The position numbers were made by a program, and so were the translations under genes. A model generated the notes under the pieces. The model did no database searches. It had not been told where the DNA came from and worked only from the letters and a program-made list of their open reading frames with translations. Of a stretch of 64,000 bases of DNA, positions 12,990 through 24,885 are shown piece after piece. Positions within the stretch are counted from its first letter, which is position 1, and each line of letters begins with the position of its first letter. The DNA comes from Heteronotia binoei (Eukaryota). The stretch spans positions 100,068,001 to 100,132,000 of the forward strand of contig NC_083226.1 in the NCBI RefSeq assembly GCF_032191835.1. The letters run 5' to 3'.

Positions 12990-13950
12990 GGGGTTTTTCC
13001 TCACATGTCTGTCAACCTATCCAATCCCTTTTGCCCTCCATTCCTTCTCTGTCAATCTACCCCCCCTCTCTGATAACCTACCCCACAGTTCCCGCCTTTA
13101 TCCCATTCCCATTCCCTTTACCTGTCAACCTGCCCTCTATTTCACTCTTTTCTCCCATTCCCCTTATCTGTCAATGTACCCCCCATCTTTTTTGCCCTGC
13201 CACCTTTTCTCAATCAGTCTACTCAACCCTTGATGCTTTCCTCACCTACCACCAAGCCCTGGCACTTCACTCACCCCCACCTTTGCAACCCGCGCAACCT
13301 ACCATCACCCATGGCACTCCACTAACCCGTCAGTCTTGCTAATTACCTTGGAATTCACTCACCCCCCCACTTGCTGTTGTCTCCACCTACCCCCCACCTT
13401 TGACCCTCCACTGGCCCCCACCTTTTCAGCTCTTCCTATCTACCCCTAACCTTGGCATTCATTCACCGCCAACCTTGCTCTCTTCCCATCAACACCCCCC
13501 CCCCCACTCCTGGCACTCCACTACCACCCACCCTTGGCATTCGCTCACTTCACACCCTTGCTCTCTTCTCACCTACCCCCACTCTTGGCATTCCACTGCT
13601 TCCCACACTTCCCATTCACCCCTTCACCTTGCTGCTCTCTCCAACAACTATTTAGCCTGCCAGCAGTAGGCTGCTGGCTTGCTGAGGGGGCAGAAGTTAC
13701 AGGAGGGGGAATCACATCCCCTCATTTTCTGTGTCACCTGGGCTACTGGGCTGTGCTGCTGGTGGGCTGTGCTGCTACTCTTGGGCTGCCATGCTGCCGC
13801 AATCAGATGTAGTGCACTCCCAGGCTGCCATGCCACCACCATTGGGCAAATTATGGTTCCCAGGCTGCTGTACCACCACCAAGCACAGCATGGCTCCTGG
13901 GCTGCTTTGCCTCCAATGTGGGGCCCAGTATGGCTCCTGACTTTCTAGGC
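12990..13950. repeat. C-rich low-complexity / degenerate minisatellite tract
   Basis: Recurring ccccttggcattcactcacc-like units followed by gggctgtgctgct-like units; strong strand asymmetry. Confidence 0.6.
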
Positions 13951-15717
13951 CCCACCAGGTAGTTGATAGGGAAAATTTAAACCCTCACTGGTTTTTATGC
14001 AAGTCTGGAGAGTACCCCAAGTTTTAGAAGAACCTCTTTAGCCTCCATATGGCCCTGTTCTGCAGGTTTTGCTATCTACAGATGGGGGTCATGGATGGCT
14101 CTTAGGTAGATAGGTAGGTAGACAGATATACACAAACACACTTTTTTTTTTTTACACAGGACTATGAATTGATTCACAGGCATACTGACCTACATTGTAG
14201 GTTATTGTTTTTAGTTAGTTGGAAGACAGGGCACTGAATTGCTGTGATATACTAGAAAAATAATTATCCTTGTTTGTTAGTCTTATTTCACCTTTTCAGC
14301 TCAAAGTGTTTGATAGTTCTCACTAATGTTGTAAATCTGTATCACATTTCTAGGGAGGCTCACATGACAAAATGTCCTCTGTACACATTAGTTTTTTCAC
14401 ATAGAAATTAGATGTCATGAAGAAAGTCATCTTGTTTTCTCTATGGGAACTTTTTTGGAGGGGAGGGAACAATAATTAAATCATGAGGCTTCACCTGTGG
14501 TCTGAAATAGTAGAGACCAGGCACTAGTCACCTCACTGGGAACTTGGATGTAAGATATTGTCCTAGTGCTCTGAAACCTATTGAAAATGACATTGGAAAA
14601 ATGAAGTATTTCAAATATTCAGACTGTCACAAAATAGTTAATTGTAAATATATTTACACAGAATACTATTCTTGACAGTTAAGAAGCATAAAAGCTGCTA
14701 ATGCTAAATAAAGAAAGGAAAGTAATACTGGTTTTAAAAAATCTGTCTGTCTCCTCAAAACAGCATATGTGTGAAACAAATAACTGAAAATGAGGTTTCC
14801 AAGTGATTTTCAGATCCAGAATATGATTTAACTGAAGGTTTAATCAGCAGTTATGTTGTGTGTAATGAGAAGCTTGCCATACACACTCATGGTTCACTGG
14901 TGGGTAGGAAAACACTATGCTCTTTTAGCTTTCCTAAAGACATTTTACACATGGAATTTTATTAGTCTGAAAGAAACACTTGATCCCTGTATGAAATAAT
15001 AAGCTTTTCTATTTAAAACCAAATCCCAAAGTGTATCTGTAGAGGTTGAAGCATAGATGGAAAATGATAAAACAGCTATTAATGGAGCTGCCAGTTGCTG
15101 CATCTCAAGAGAAAAGACATATGGTAACCCAACTGCATTCAATGCTGACCTTTCTTTTTAAAGTATTTTTAATAATAGCTATTCCTATACAGTGTTTCAG
15201 GGCAGATGCTTAAAGCCACACTGACTATGCTTACCCTCCCACTTCTGTTACCAAGCAAAGCTTATACTGAAATAAATCAGTTGTACTATGCTGAAATAGA
15301 CAGGATTTTTTAAATTCATCAGTTGTCTGTTTACCAGCCAGCAGAATGAGCTTATTGGCAAAAGTTTTTTTTTTAAAGATTCCTTTCATCCAATGGATTT
15401 TTATATACGAACTGCTCTCAGTAGAAAGCAAACAGCTAGGGAAACAGGAGGAAATCAGAGGTATTTATTATCACAGAGCTTCAGTGTTAGTCTGGGTCCA
15501 TATATATAGGCTAGATACTTTCCTAGAGTAGGACTGTAACTGTCATATTGATTATGCACATTTGTTAACAAGATTTTATTCCACACACTTTCTGTCAATA
15601 TTGCCATGGCCATAGAAACGTTGCAAAATTTTCCTCACACAGCTAATGAAATTTAAGATCTTGTCTGTGAATCTCTGTTAAAATAGTAGAAGCTTCATCC
15701 TAACTCCAAAATACTTT

Positions 15718-16150
15718 AGGGTTTGTAGAATCTTTCGGGATCAAGTGCCGTGTTCTACTGGAGAAAGTTTTCCTTCCAGACGTTTCGTTCTCAGCTGCAG
15801 AGAACATCCTCAGTGGCATTGCAGCCGGAGCAGGCGCTCAGACCTTCTTGGCTGCTGTGCATTGAGAGGGGCCAGGGCTGCTGGAGAGCTGCTATTTGTA
15901 GGCTGGAGGGGGTGTGATGAAAGGGCAATTGGTTTGTGGATGTGCCCATTGTTCGGTGGGGCTTCCTGGAAGGGTAGTGATAAGGAAACTGGCTGTTGAA
16001 TGTGACCATTGTTCTGTGTTAATTGCTGGGAAGGTTGGAAGGGGTTTGAAGATAAGGAAGATGGTTGTTGACTCTGCTGATTGTTCTGTGGAATTTGCTG
16101 GTGGTTCTGAGACTTTCTGCAATTTATAGTCTGTAGGGTGTTTTGCAGAG
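15718..16150 (-). mobile_element. Penelope-like element pseudo-LTR fragment
   Basis: A-C-rich minus-strand segment ending in an RRSERL-coding stretch, immediately followed by a minimal hammerhead motif; this layout is typical of PLE pseudo-LTRs. Confidence 0.7.
15776..15816 (-). ncRNA. Minimal type I hammerhead ribozyme (PLE-associated), core intact
   Basis: Minus strand: CCA-CTGAGGA-T-GTTCTC(TGCAGCT)GAGAAC-GAAA-C-GTC^TGG. It has the CUGANGA and GAAA cores, a 6-bp helix II, palindromic ACGT in place of helix III, a GUC cleavage triplet (cut between 15779 and 15778) and a 3-bp helix I. Confidence 0.8.
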
Positions 16151-17042
16151 TTGGGTACCAAGATTGGTGGATGAAAATGCCTTCTTCCTTTCTGTATTTC
16201 CAAAATACTTTGCCGTGCATTATGTTCCAGTCCAGAAGCTTCTGAAATGGTCTAGTAATTGCCAAAAGTGTTCCATTCTAGAGATTTTTTTTAACTTACC
16301 ACTTATACTGGAGACACCTTTTCAAGTAGTTTTTTTTGTCATTATAGTTTTTGAATGAGGAAAACTGAAAGTAATATTTTGTTGATGCCTATCAAAATGT
16401 TCTGTTTAGTGACAGCTTGACATTGATGCTGTGCTAATTCTTCTTCCATTCTTAAATTATGGCCTAGTTTGGAACTGTCCTTGGACTTTATCTATTAATC
16501 ATGGAAGCTACTTTTTTATTCAGTTACCATAGTTTCAGTGCCTCAGATACTGTTGGGGTGCCTTGGGAAAGGCTTGAGACATACTAGGACTTGCAAGCCT
16601 TACAGTTATTCTGGCAGTTGTGTAGCGCTTAAAGAGCAGAAAACAGCTTCTAATATAATTCAGTCCTGGATTAAAAGAGGCAACTTCTGAATAAGTCTCT
16701 CTGGACCTTGTTATGTGCACATCCAGGTGATATTTGTTTCTTGCTGGTAAAAACCCCCCTACTGTTCAGAGACTAATGGTTGCTTTTATCTGTTGCAAGG
16801 GAAGACAAGGCTTTTCATTAGGGCTGCTGATGAATGGTTGAGTAAATTGTGGTATTTAGGGTTTACCATGTGATACACATAATTTGTTTTAAAATGTTTT
16901 GTGCTCAGCTGTAGTTACATGACCTCATATTTCAACAAAACAAATTGTAGTTTATAGTTACCATTATTACTTTCATTTTAACCTTCTTTTCACTACTGTA
17001 AACCACCTTGGGTCCCCATTAGGGAGAATAGTTTGGTATAAG

Positions 17043-17159
17043 CAGGGCTTTTTTGTAGAAAAAGCCCAGCGGGAACTCATTTGCATATTAGGCCACACCC
17101 CTGATGTCAAGCCAGCCAGAACTGCGTTCCTATGAGTTCCTGAAAAAAAAACCACTCTG
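17043..17159. mobile_element. hAT-type MITE (cagggcttttttgtag family)
   Basis: Degenerate TIRs; imperfect 8-bp TSD ggtataag/gatataaa; same family as 26859-27043. Confidence 0.7.
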
Positions 17160-17309
17160 GATATAAATGAATTAAATCAATAAAAGGTTTTGGCTGGATA
17201 TGCCAATATTCCAAGCTTCAACTAAAGGGAGCTGAACTTTTAATATTCAGAGAACCAATACCATTCTTTATTGAGAAGAAACTATCACCCATCTACTGAA
17301 AAGCGTTAG

Positions 17310-17914
17310 ACTGAAATGACCATTTCACTAGTCAGTTTTGTTTCCCCCCAAAATGGTTGGTTTTTCATGAAAGCTGGGGGAGGCGGTGAACCAACCAGTA
17401 AAATGACTGCCAGCTATTTAAACCTAACAGTGGGACAGGTCCACCCATCATCTGCTAGATTTAAATGGCTGCCAGCCATTAAATCCATCAGTTTTGCTCC
17501 CCCCCCCCCCAAAAAAAAAAAATTGCAAGCGAAACAGACTGGTGAAATGACTCATAACCATTTCAGCCTAACAGCTGACGGGTGCACTCACCCTGCTGTT
17601 AAGTTCAAATGGCTGGCAGACATTTGAACCCAACAGCAGGGTGGGTCTGCCCATCAGCTGTTAGATTTTAAAGGCTGTCAGCCATGAAATCTGTCAGTTT
17701 TGCTTCCCCATCTTCAAAGTAGGGAGAAGCAAAATGAATTAAGTGGCTGCCAGCCATGTAACCTTTTCTCCTCACTGTGGTAAGCCACTACCAAGGAGAA
17801 AGGGGAATCTAAACTGATTGGTTTGGTTCAGGGCAGTTTTGACTTGGTTCGGGTTCAAAGGACCACCCCAAACCCTGAACAGAACCAACATTTTTAGGTT
17901 CATGCCCATCCCTA
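17310..17914. mobile_element. Partial non-autonomous hAT-like element with internal repeats
   Basis: Ends in atgcccatcccta (TAGGGATG-type TIR) with ggttc subterminal motifs; repeated ctgccagccat...aaatc...tcagttttgct units. Other end not found. Confidence 0.4.
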
Positions 17915-18260
17915 ATATTCATATCAGAGAACAGCCATCAGGATCATATAGGAAAAAAATTGTTTTGTTTTTTTTGCTAAAGACACACTGATTTCCTTGA
18001 GATTTATGGCCAAATTAGCCTGACAGTAGCCACAGAATAGTCTCAGTCACATACAGGGGTAACTCCAAAGTGCTATGAAAATGAGGGGTGCTGAATGAAA
18101 AGTTTTGGGGAGAGGAACTATGGGAAGGTACTCTGCAGCAGCAGTCCCCAATCTTTTTAGCACCAAGGACCGGTTTCGTGGAAGACAATTTTTCCATGGA
18201 TTGGCTTGCGGGGGGTGGGGCATGGTTTCGGGATGATACAATTGTGCACTTTATTTTGCT

Positions 18261-18491
18261 GTGGTGGTTAAGTGCATGAACTCTTATCTTGGAGAACTGG
18301 GTTTGATTCCTTACTCCTCCACTTGCAGCTGCTGGAATGGCCTTGGGTCAGCCAGAGCTCTGGCAGAGATTGTCCTTGAAAGAGCAGCTTCTGGGAGAGC
18401 TCTCTCAGCCCCACCCACCTCACAGGGTGTCTGTTGTGGGGGAAGAAGGTAAAGGAGATTTTGAGCCACTCTGAGATTCGGAGTGGAAGGC
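18261..18491 (+). mobile_element. tRNA/CORE SINE (Squam3-like)
   Basis: gtggttaag...ggtttgattcc head; ctcagccccacccacctcacagggtgtctgttgtggg CORE-like segment. Confidence 0.8.
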
Positions 18492-18711
18492 NNNNNNNNN
18501 NNNNNNNNNNNNNNNNNNNNNNNNNNNNNNNNNNNNNNNNNNNNNNNNNNNNNNNNNNNNNNNNNNNNNNNNNNNNNNNNNNNNNNNNNNNNNNNNNNNN
18601 NNNNNNNNNNNNNNNNNNNNNNNNNNNNNNNNNNNNNNNNNNNNNNNNNNNNNNNNNNNNNNNNNNNNNNNNNNNNNNNNNNNNNNNNNNNNNNNNNNNN
18701 NNNNNNNNNNN
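18492..18711. other. Assembly gap (220 N)
   Basis: Run of N. Confidence 1.
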
Positions 18712-20270
18712 CGGACCAGTACCGGCCCCATGGACCGGGGGTTGGGGACCCCTGCTCTGCAGGACTAAGGAGACTTCACTGTCTCTTGCCTGCATGTGCC
18801 TTTTGATGCTAAAATAGAACCACTCTAGTCCACTTCTTTCTGAATTCAGTAAAGTTCTTAAGCTCATGGAATTGCTACTGTTCATCTTGTTTGACTCAGA
18901 GTCTAACTTTGATCAGTGAAGCTTCTTCAAAAATGTCTAAAACAAGAATACATTTATTTTCCTGGCTCTCTCTAGTAAAACAAAAACATCAGGGATGTCC
19001 ACTCTATGTATTAATTTATAAGCATACCTAATTGTATCAGGATTACATCTCTAATGAACATTAGTATCAACATGATATGAATATTTTATATAGTGTAGGC
19101 TTTTGCATATGATATTTAAAAATATTATTTGTTGTTATTAGAAAAAAAAATGGATCTGCTCCTCTCTCCATTGAAGTGAAGGCAAAATCCCAGCATGAGC
19201 AGGTTTGGGGTTGGTGTTTTAGCAGACTTTATTTATAACGTCTGAAGCTAGAGACAAATGGTTCCTGCCACTGGCAGCTTAAATAAGACAGGTTCATAAA
19301 TCTGTCCTTTCAAGAAGAGAATCCTGGATTGCAAACATTTTGAATATCTCAGAAGTGGAACCAATCTGAAGAAGTGGTAAGTTTTGTTTTTATATTGTGA
19401 ATTAACTATCTTTCAGTCAAGGATAAACTTCAGAGTTTGATTTTGGCATTTCATCATCCTGAGTAATACACTTTTGTAATAATATACCAAAACTGCAAAC
19501 CCAAGCAGAGTTACTAATTGATTTCAGTGGACTTGAGTAATTTTGTTTATCATTGCGTGTTTTAGGATAATTGCATATATGTACAACATTGTGTCAAATA
19601 ATATTGAGACTTGTCATGTAAAAGAGAGAAAAAGGATAATTATTTTCTTTTACTTTATTTGGCTGCTGGTTCTTCAAGCTTTTATAGTTCAAAAATCTTG
19701 GGCTGCAATCCATTACTTTCAAGGGGTTAGAAGGTTAGGATCAAGATATTTAGCATTTTAGTTTATAGCCCCCACAAAAGGAGAGCACAAGCCATTTCCC
19801 ACTAAGTAAAGAAAACCTCTGTTAATGTATCCAGTACTGAGGTAGCTCAGTTGTTTTACTGCGAAAGGGATATGTCCTGATCACTTTACAATACTCATAA
19901 AGGTGCAAGCCTGGTTACTTTAACAGAAAAGTGATATTAAAGGAACACATCTTAGATTACAGACTGTAAAGGTATCTTAAATTAGTTCATTTGCATTTTC
20001 AGCTTTCAGAATTAGATTAGCCACAAGTTAGATATAGTCTTACTCATATGCTTTTAAAGGAAATGAACATCTGTTGTGTAGAAGCAAGTATAATATTATG
20101 TAGAATTTTACAATGCAGTCCTAGTCAGACTTAGTCCAGGCTATGTCTATTGATTTCATTGGGATTAAAGGAGTATTGTGCTGCAATTACACTTAATTAA
20201 TAATTTCTAATTCTGCATTCTATTTATATACCTACAACTTCTCTGTGGGGAAATAAGGGTTGTGAGCAGA

Positions 20271-20480
20271 GGGGCCATAGCTCAGTAGCAGAGCATCTGC
20301 CTTGCACACTGCTTCCCATGTTCAGCCTCCCCCACATGTCCACTTAAAAGAATCAGATAGGAGGTGATGTGAACTCCACCTGAGCTCCAGCTGAGAGACT
20401 TGATAGCCATTGGTAGTAAGAGTAGACAATACTGACCTTGATAGACTGACTTGGTACAAGGCAGCTTTGTATGTTCATGT
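20271..20480 (+). mobile_element. Old tRNA-derived SINE (Squam2-like)
   Basis: ggggccatagctcagtagcagagcatctg head; agagtagacaatactgacc...aaggcagctt tail. Confidence 0.65.
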
Positions 20481-21113
20481 GTGTTTTCAAACTGGGACTC
20501 CCAAGTATATTTTAATTAATAAAACTGCAGTTAATCTTAAAGGAGACTTTCACATGAGTTTAAAACAAAATGTTAAGCACTTTATAATGTACTTCCTTGT
20601 CTTAGAGCAAGTACATATTTGGTAGAAAAGTCTTGTTTTTGATACAGTACAATTAAGTGATATTTACTAATAGTTCAAAAATATTTTGGTGACTTTGAAT
20701 CACATTGAATAATTAATAATACATAAGGCATTCAGTTGCAAATGTTAATTTATTTAAATATTTGCATGTTAGGTTCCCAGTTAGAGATGCCAGCCTCCAG
20801 CTGTGACTTGAGGATTCCCTGGAATGACAGCTCATCTTTGAAGCGTGTACTCTATGACAGTGTACCTCACTGATATACCTAGCACACAGATGCAAGGACC
20901 AAACAGGAATAACAAGCTTAGTTTAGATGGTCACCATTTGTTTAGATTTAATTCCATGGGGAAAACATAGTGAAGCAACTAAATATATAAAAAATGGAGA
21001 CTGGTGTATAAATGTACCCTTCTTAATAGTGGAATGCTGAGAATAATTAACTGCGATCATGTTATGCACCATCCATCTCCTCTCAAGCATGGAAGTAACT
21101 AACAGCATCCTGA

Positions 21114-21345
21114 CAGAGCCAGTTTGGTGTAGTGGTTAAGTGTGAGGACTCTTATCTGGGAGAACTGGGTTTGATTCCCCACTCCTCCACTTGCACCTGC
21201 TAGCATGGCCTTGGGTTAGCCATAGCTCTGGTAGAGGTTGTCCTTGAAAGGGCAGCTGCTGTGAGAGCCCTCTCCAGCCCCACCCACCTCACAGGGCGTC
21301 TGTTGTGGGGGTGGAAGGTAAAGGAGATTGTGAGCCACTCTGTCA
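21114..21345 (+). mobile_element. tRNA/CORE SINE (Squam3-like); carries the duplication breakpoint
   Basis: gagccagtttggtgtagtggttaag...cctcacagggcgtctgttgtggg. Confidence 0.85.
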
Positions 21346-21445
21346 GCCAGTGGAACTTCAAAGTAAGCAGACTTCCACTGGTTACAATGTGTCACCAGAT
21401 CAGATAAATACATTCAGATCTACTATTCCAAACTATATTACGTTC

Positions 21446-22072
21446 TGGAGACCAAGTCCTATAAGAAAAGGTTGAAGGAGCTGGGTATGTTTAGCCTAGA
21501 GAAGAGACAACTGAGAAGTAATATGATAACCATCTTCAAGTACTCGAAGGGCTGTCATGTGTAGATGATGGTGCTGTCATGTAGGAGATGGTTTTCTATT
21601 GGACCAGAACCAACAGGCTGATATTAAATCAAAAGAGTTTTTTGGCTAAACATTAGGAAGAACTTCCTGACATAGTAGTTCCTCAATGGAACAGACTTCC
21701 TTGGGAGGTGGTGGGCTTTCCTTCTTTGGAGGTTTTCAAACAGAGGCTAGATGATGATCTGACAGCAATGTTGATTCTGCGAGGCAGATCATGAGAAGGA
21801 GGGCAGGAAGGGTTGCATCAGTGCTTAGTTTTTGTGGTGTTTTCTTACATGCCCAGGAAAATGCTGGTTACCACTTTGGGGTCAGGAAGCAATTTTTCTC
21901 CAGGCCAGTTTGGTCAGGGTTCCTGGAGGAATGTTTTGGGGGTTATTGGCCATCTTCTGGGCATGAAGCAGTGATCACTGGGTGTGGGGAGGGAGGTATT
22001 TGTGAATTTCCTGCATTGTGCAGGAGATTGGACTAGATGGCCCTGGGTGTTCCTTCCAATTCTATGATTCTA
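21446..22072 (+). mobile_element. Degenerate CR1 3' fragment
   Basis: ggagctgggtatgtttagcctagagaagag...ttccaattctatgattcta (CR1 ORF2 end and tail). Copy at 57604-58230. Confidence 0.85.
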
Positions 22073-22074
22073 TT

Positions 22075-23020
22075 AATTGCATTATATTACAATCACTATT
22101 CCAATCTACTATTCCAAATAAGAAATACAAGAAAATAAAGAAGATGCATGGTCCTTCTTGATGAGAATACAGATATAAGGACTTAATGAGATTAAGCATA
22201 TCTATGAGATAAGAAACAATATCCCTGTTAAATCGGAAGGGGGGGTGTTGTTGTTCCAAATGTTGTAGTAATTTGTAATTCAGCAATTTCCATTTCCAGT
22301 CTTTTCCTGAAGTAACAGCTACTTTGAGGTCACCCACTGAATGTCCTGGAAGCTTGAAGTACTCTGCTACAGGTTTCTCAGTCTTGTGATTCTTAATATC
22401 AGATTTGTGTCTATTAGTCCTTTGGTTTAGGGTTTGACCTGTTTGCCCTATGTAGAGAACTGAAGGGATTGTTGGCATTTAATGGCGTACACAATGTTAA
22501 AAGATAAGCAAGTAAATGAGCCTGAGATGGCTTAGTTGATGTTATTAGGTCCAGTGATCGTGTTGTCTGGGTTATGTAGCAGCAACGCTGGCATCTGGGG
22601 TTATTGCAAGCTCTGGTACCAGTATCCACTTTCAACTTAAATGTATTATTACGAGTGAGGAGTTCAGATTGGGGAAATGGTCTTTGTGCAAGAAAAGGTT
22701 TGCCCTTCGGTGCTTGTGAAAGAAAGCTGTCACTGTTCAATAGAGGTTGTAAGTATTTGATGATGCATTGAACTGTTTTGACTTCAGAGCTGTATGTGAC
22801 TACTAGTGGTGTTCTGTTATTGTCTCTTTGGGGCTTCTTAAATACCTGCTAGTTTGACAGATCCAATTAACAGCCGTGTTGGTCTGAAGCAGTAGAACAA
22901 AGCAGGAATCCAGTAGCACCTTTAAGACCAACAAAGTTTTATTCAGAATGTAAGCTTTTGTGTGCTCTAAGCACACTTCATCAGACAAGGAATCAGGTAA
23001 ATCAAGTAAAAGGAGTCAGG
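22075..23020 (-). mobile_element. Penelope-like element: pseudo-LTR followed by ORF C-terminus with GIY-YIG endonuclease (disrupted)
   Basis: Translations RTPLVVTY..., GTRACNNPRCQRC (Cys motif) and LYIGQTGQTLNQRTNRHKSDIK...PVAEYF...H (GIY-YIG); frameshifted. Copy at 58233-59178. Confidence 0.9.
22948..22988 (-). ncRNA. Degenerate hammerhead ribozyme of the PLE pseudo-LTR
   Basis: Minus strand: TGT-CTGATGA-A-GTGTGC(TTAGA)GCACAC-AAAA-GCTT^ACA. The GAAA core reads AAAA. Copy at 59106-59146. Confidence 0.6.
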
Positions 23021-23572
23021 TAAATTCTGACATTTTGGGATCAAGCCCTTCAGTAAACAAATTCACTCCAAAGAGAACATCTCATTCATTGAGGTCTCAT
23101 TTCCACAATTCCAACTGGCATAGCTCTTAGTGTCTCAAAATACCCGAGATGTAATACCCAAATTTTGAGACTCTAAGAGCTATGCCACTCTTTGGAGTGA
23201 AATTATTTCCTGAAGGGCTTGATCTGAAATGTTCGAACTTATCAGGAAGCTGCATTGTCTTCCAGCGTCTGTTCATTGGATCTGCATTCCTTTTTTTTTT
23301 CTGGCATGGATCCTTGGTTATACAAGCTTTCTATATAGCATTGCTGGGACTTTCACTTTCAGGCTTTGTTTCTTTATAATTGGAGGTGCTTTTGTATGTT
23401 ATATTCTCCTTTTGCTATCATTATTGAGTTTGGCAGTTAAGCAATTGTATTCATTAGCAATTCTGATTATCTTTTATTGTATTCATAAGTACTTTGACTA
23501 GTTTGTATTTATTAACATAATATTGAATTCATATAGTGTCTTAGAACATAGTGGTTATTTATTGATTCATAA

Positions 23573-24011
23573 TCCCAGTTGGGTGCAGGGGATTCCCTGG
23601 TTTGGAGGCACTCCCCCCACTTCAGGATCATCAGAAAGCGTGTCTTTGTGTGTGAAATTGGGCATTCTGGAGAATCAATCTGTGGGTCCCAGGAGCTTCA
23701 AGTGAGCTGTTTTTTGAGGTAGAGGCACCAAATTTTCAGCATAGCATCTGGTGCCTTTGCTAACCTCCTCCCAAGTTTTAAAAAGTTTGGACCAGGGGGT
23801 CCAATTCTATAAGCTTCAAAAGAAGGTACCCCTATCCTCCATTATTTCCAATGCATGGAAGGTATTAAAAGGAGTGCAGCCCCTTTAAATGCAATCGCCA
23901 GAACTCCCGTTGGAGTTCAGTCATGCTTGTCACACCCTTGCTCCACTTCCAAAGCCTCCTGGCTCCACCTCCAAAGTCCCCATATATTTCCTGAGTCAGA
24001 CCTGTCAACCC
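23573..24011. mobile_element. Harbinger-like MITE (GGGTTGCC family), 5' end missing
   Basis: Shares body with 38198-38703, 41177-41659 and 46997-47460; ends ctgtcaaccc|ta. Confidence 0.7.
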
Positions 24012-24756
24012 TACTTCCAACTCCTTTTTATCTATTATTTGTTTGCTATTTATAGTAAATGTAAAGAGATTAATAATCTTAAATGAGGATTGTACCACTT
24101 AATGATGTTTGAACATACTGTTTGCAAGAATAAATATGAAGAAAACTGAAGTAACATGCTAAAAAATTTTTTTGCTCAGATGCACACTAGCTTAGTATCG
24201 GATCTATCACACATTTTGTGTTGTATTCTACAAAACAATAGCGGGCCAAAGTCTTGAAATCCACGTAATATAATTTGAAGAACAGCTATCTGAATTACAC
24301 TACATTACATTACTGAATTTCATTACATTACAATGATATAAATGAAAGGTGATCTTATATCTTTAATAAAGAACTAGTGATATTCATCCTAGCACTAGTA
24401 GAATAATTTGTACTTTTTAATTATAAATATTAAGCGTTTGCCATTCAGGCTTATTGATCTTTAACCATCTTAATGAGAAATTGCCTAAATTAAACTGATC
24501 TAATATTCACTGTAATGTGTTCTAGGAAAGTGATGGTGTGACATAACTATAGAATTTTATACATCTAGCTATGAATGTCCTCTAATAAAGTCACACTATA
24601 TTACTTCAGGCAAAGATTGAACTGAAGAGAGAAAATGTTTAGTACAGCAATAATAAGATATCCCTGTTAAATAGGGATGTAGGGAAAGGTTATGTACAGT
24701 GCCATCCTCAGCTGAGTCATACTTTTCTAAATCCACTGAAGCCCATGAGCTTAAAA

Positions 24757-24885
24757 CATAAGAGCATAAGAGAAGCCATGTTGGATCAGGCCAATGGCCC
24801 ATTGAGTCCAACACTCTGTGTCACACAGTGGCCAAAAAACCCCCCAAGTGCCATCAGGAGGTTTACAAGTGGGGCTAAAAGAGTC
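24757..24885 (-). mobile_element. Short CR1 3' end
   Basis: cataagagcataagagaagccatgttggatcaggccaatggccc, same tail as 10449. Confidence 0.85.

Larger units (their letters stand above)
18139..18754. mobile_element. hAT-Charlie MER1-like MITE, interrupted by a SINE and an N gap
   Basis: Starts cagcagtccccaatctttttagcaccaaggaccggtttcgtggaagacaattttt and ends ggttggggacccctg; perfect 8-bp TSD CTCTGCAG at 18131-18138 and 18755-18762. Confidence 0.85.

Noticed and set aside
18268-18885. ORFs spanning the N runs (also 50065-50407)
   Set aside because: Artefacts of translating through assembly gaps.
23229-23501. Hydrophobic 90-aa ORF resembling a membrane protein
   Set aside because: T-rich composition explains the hydrophobicity; no splice context or homology recognised.
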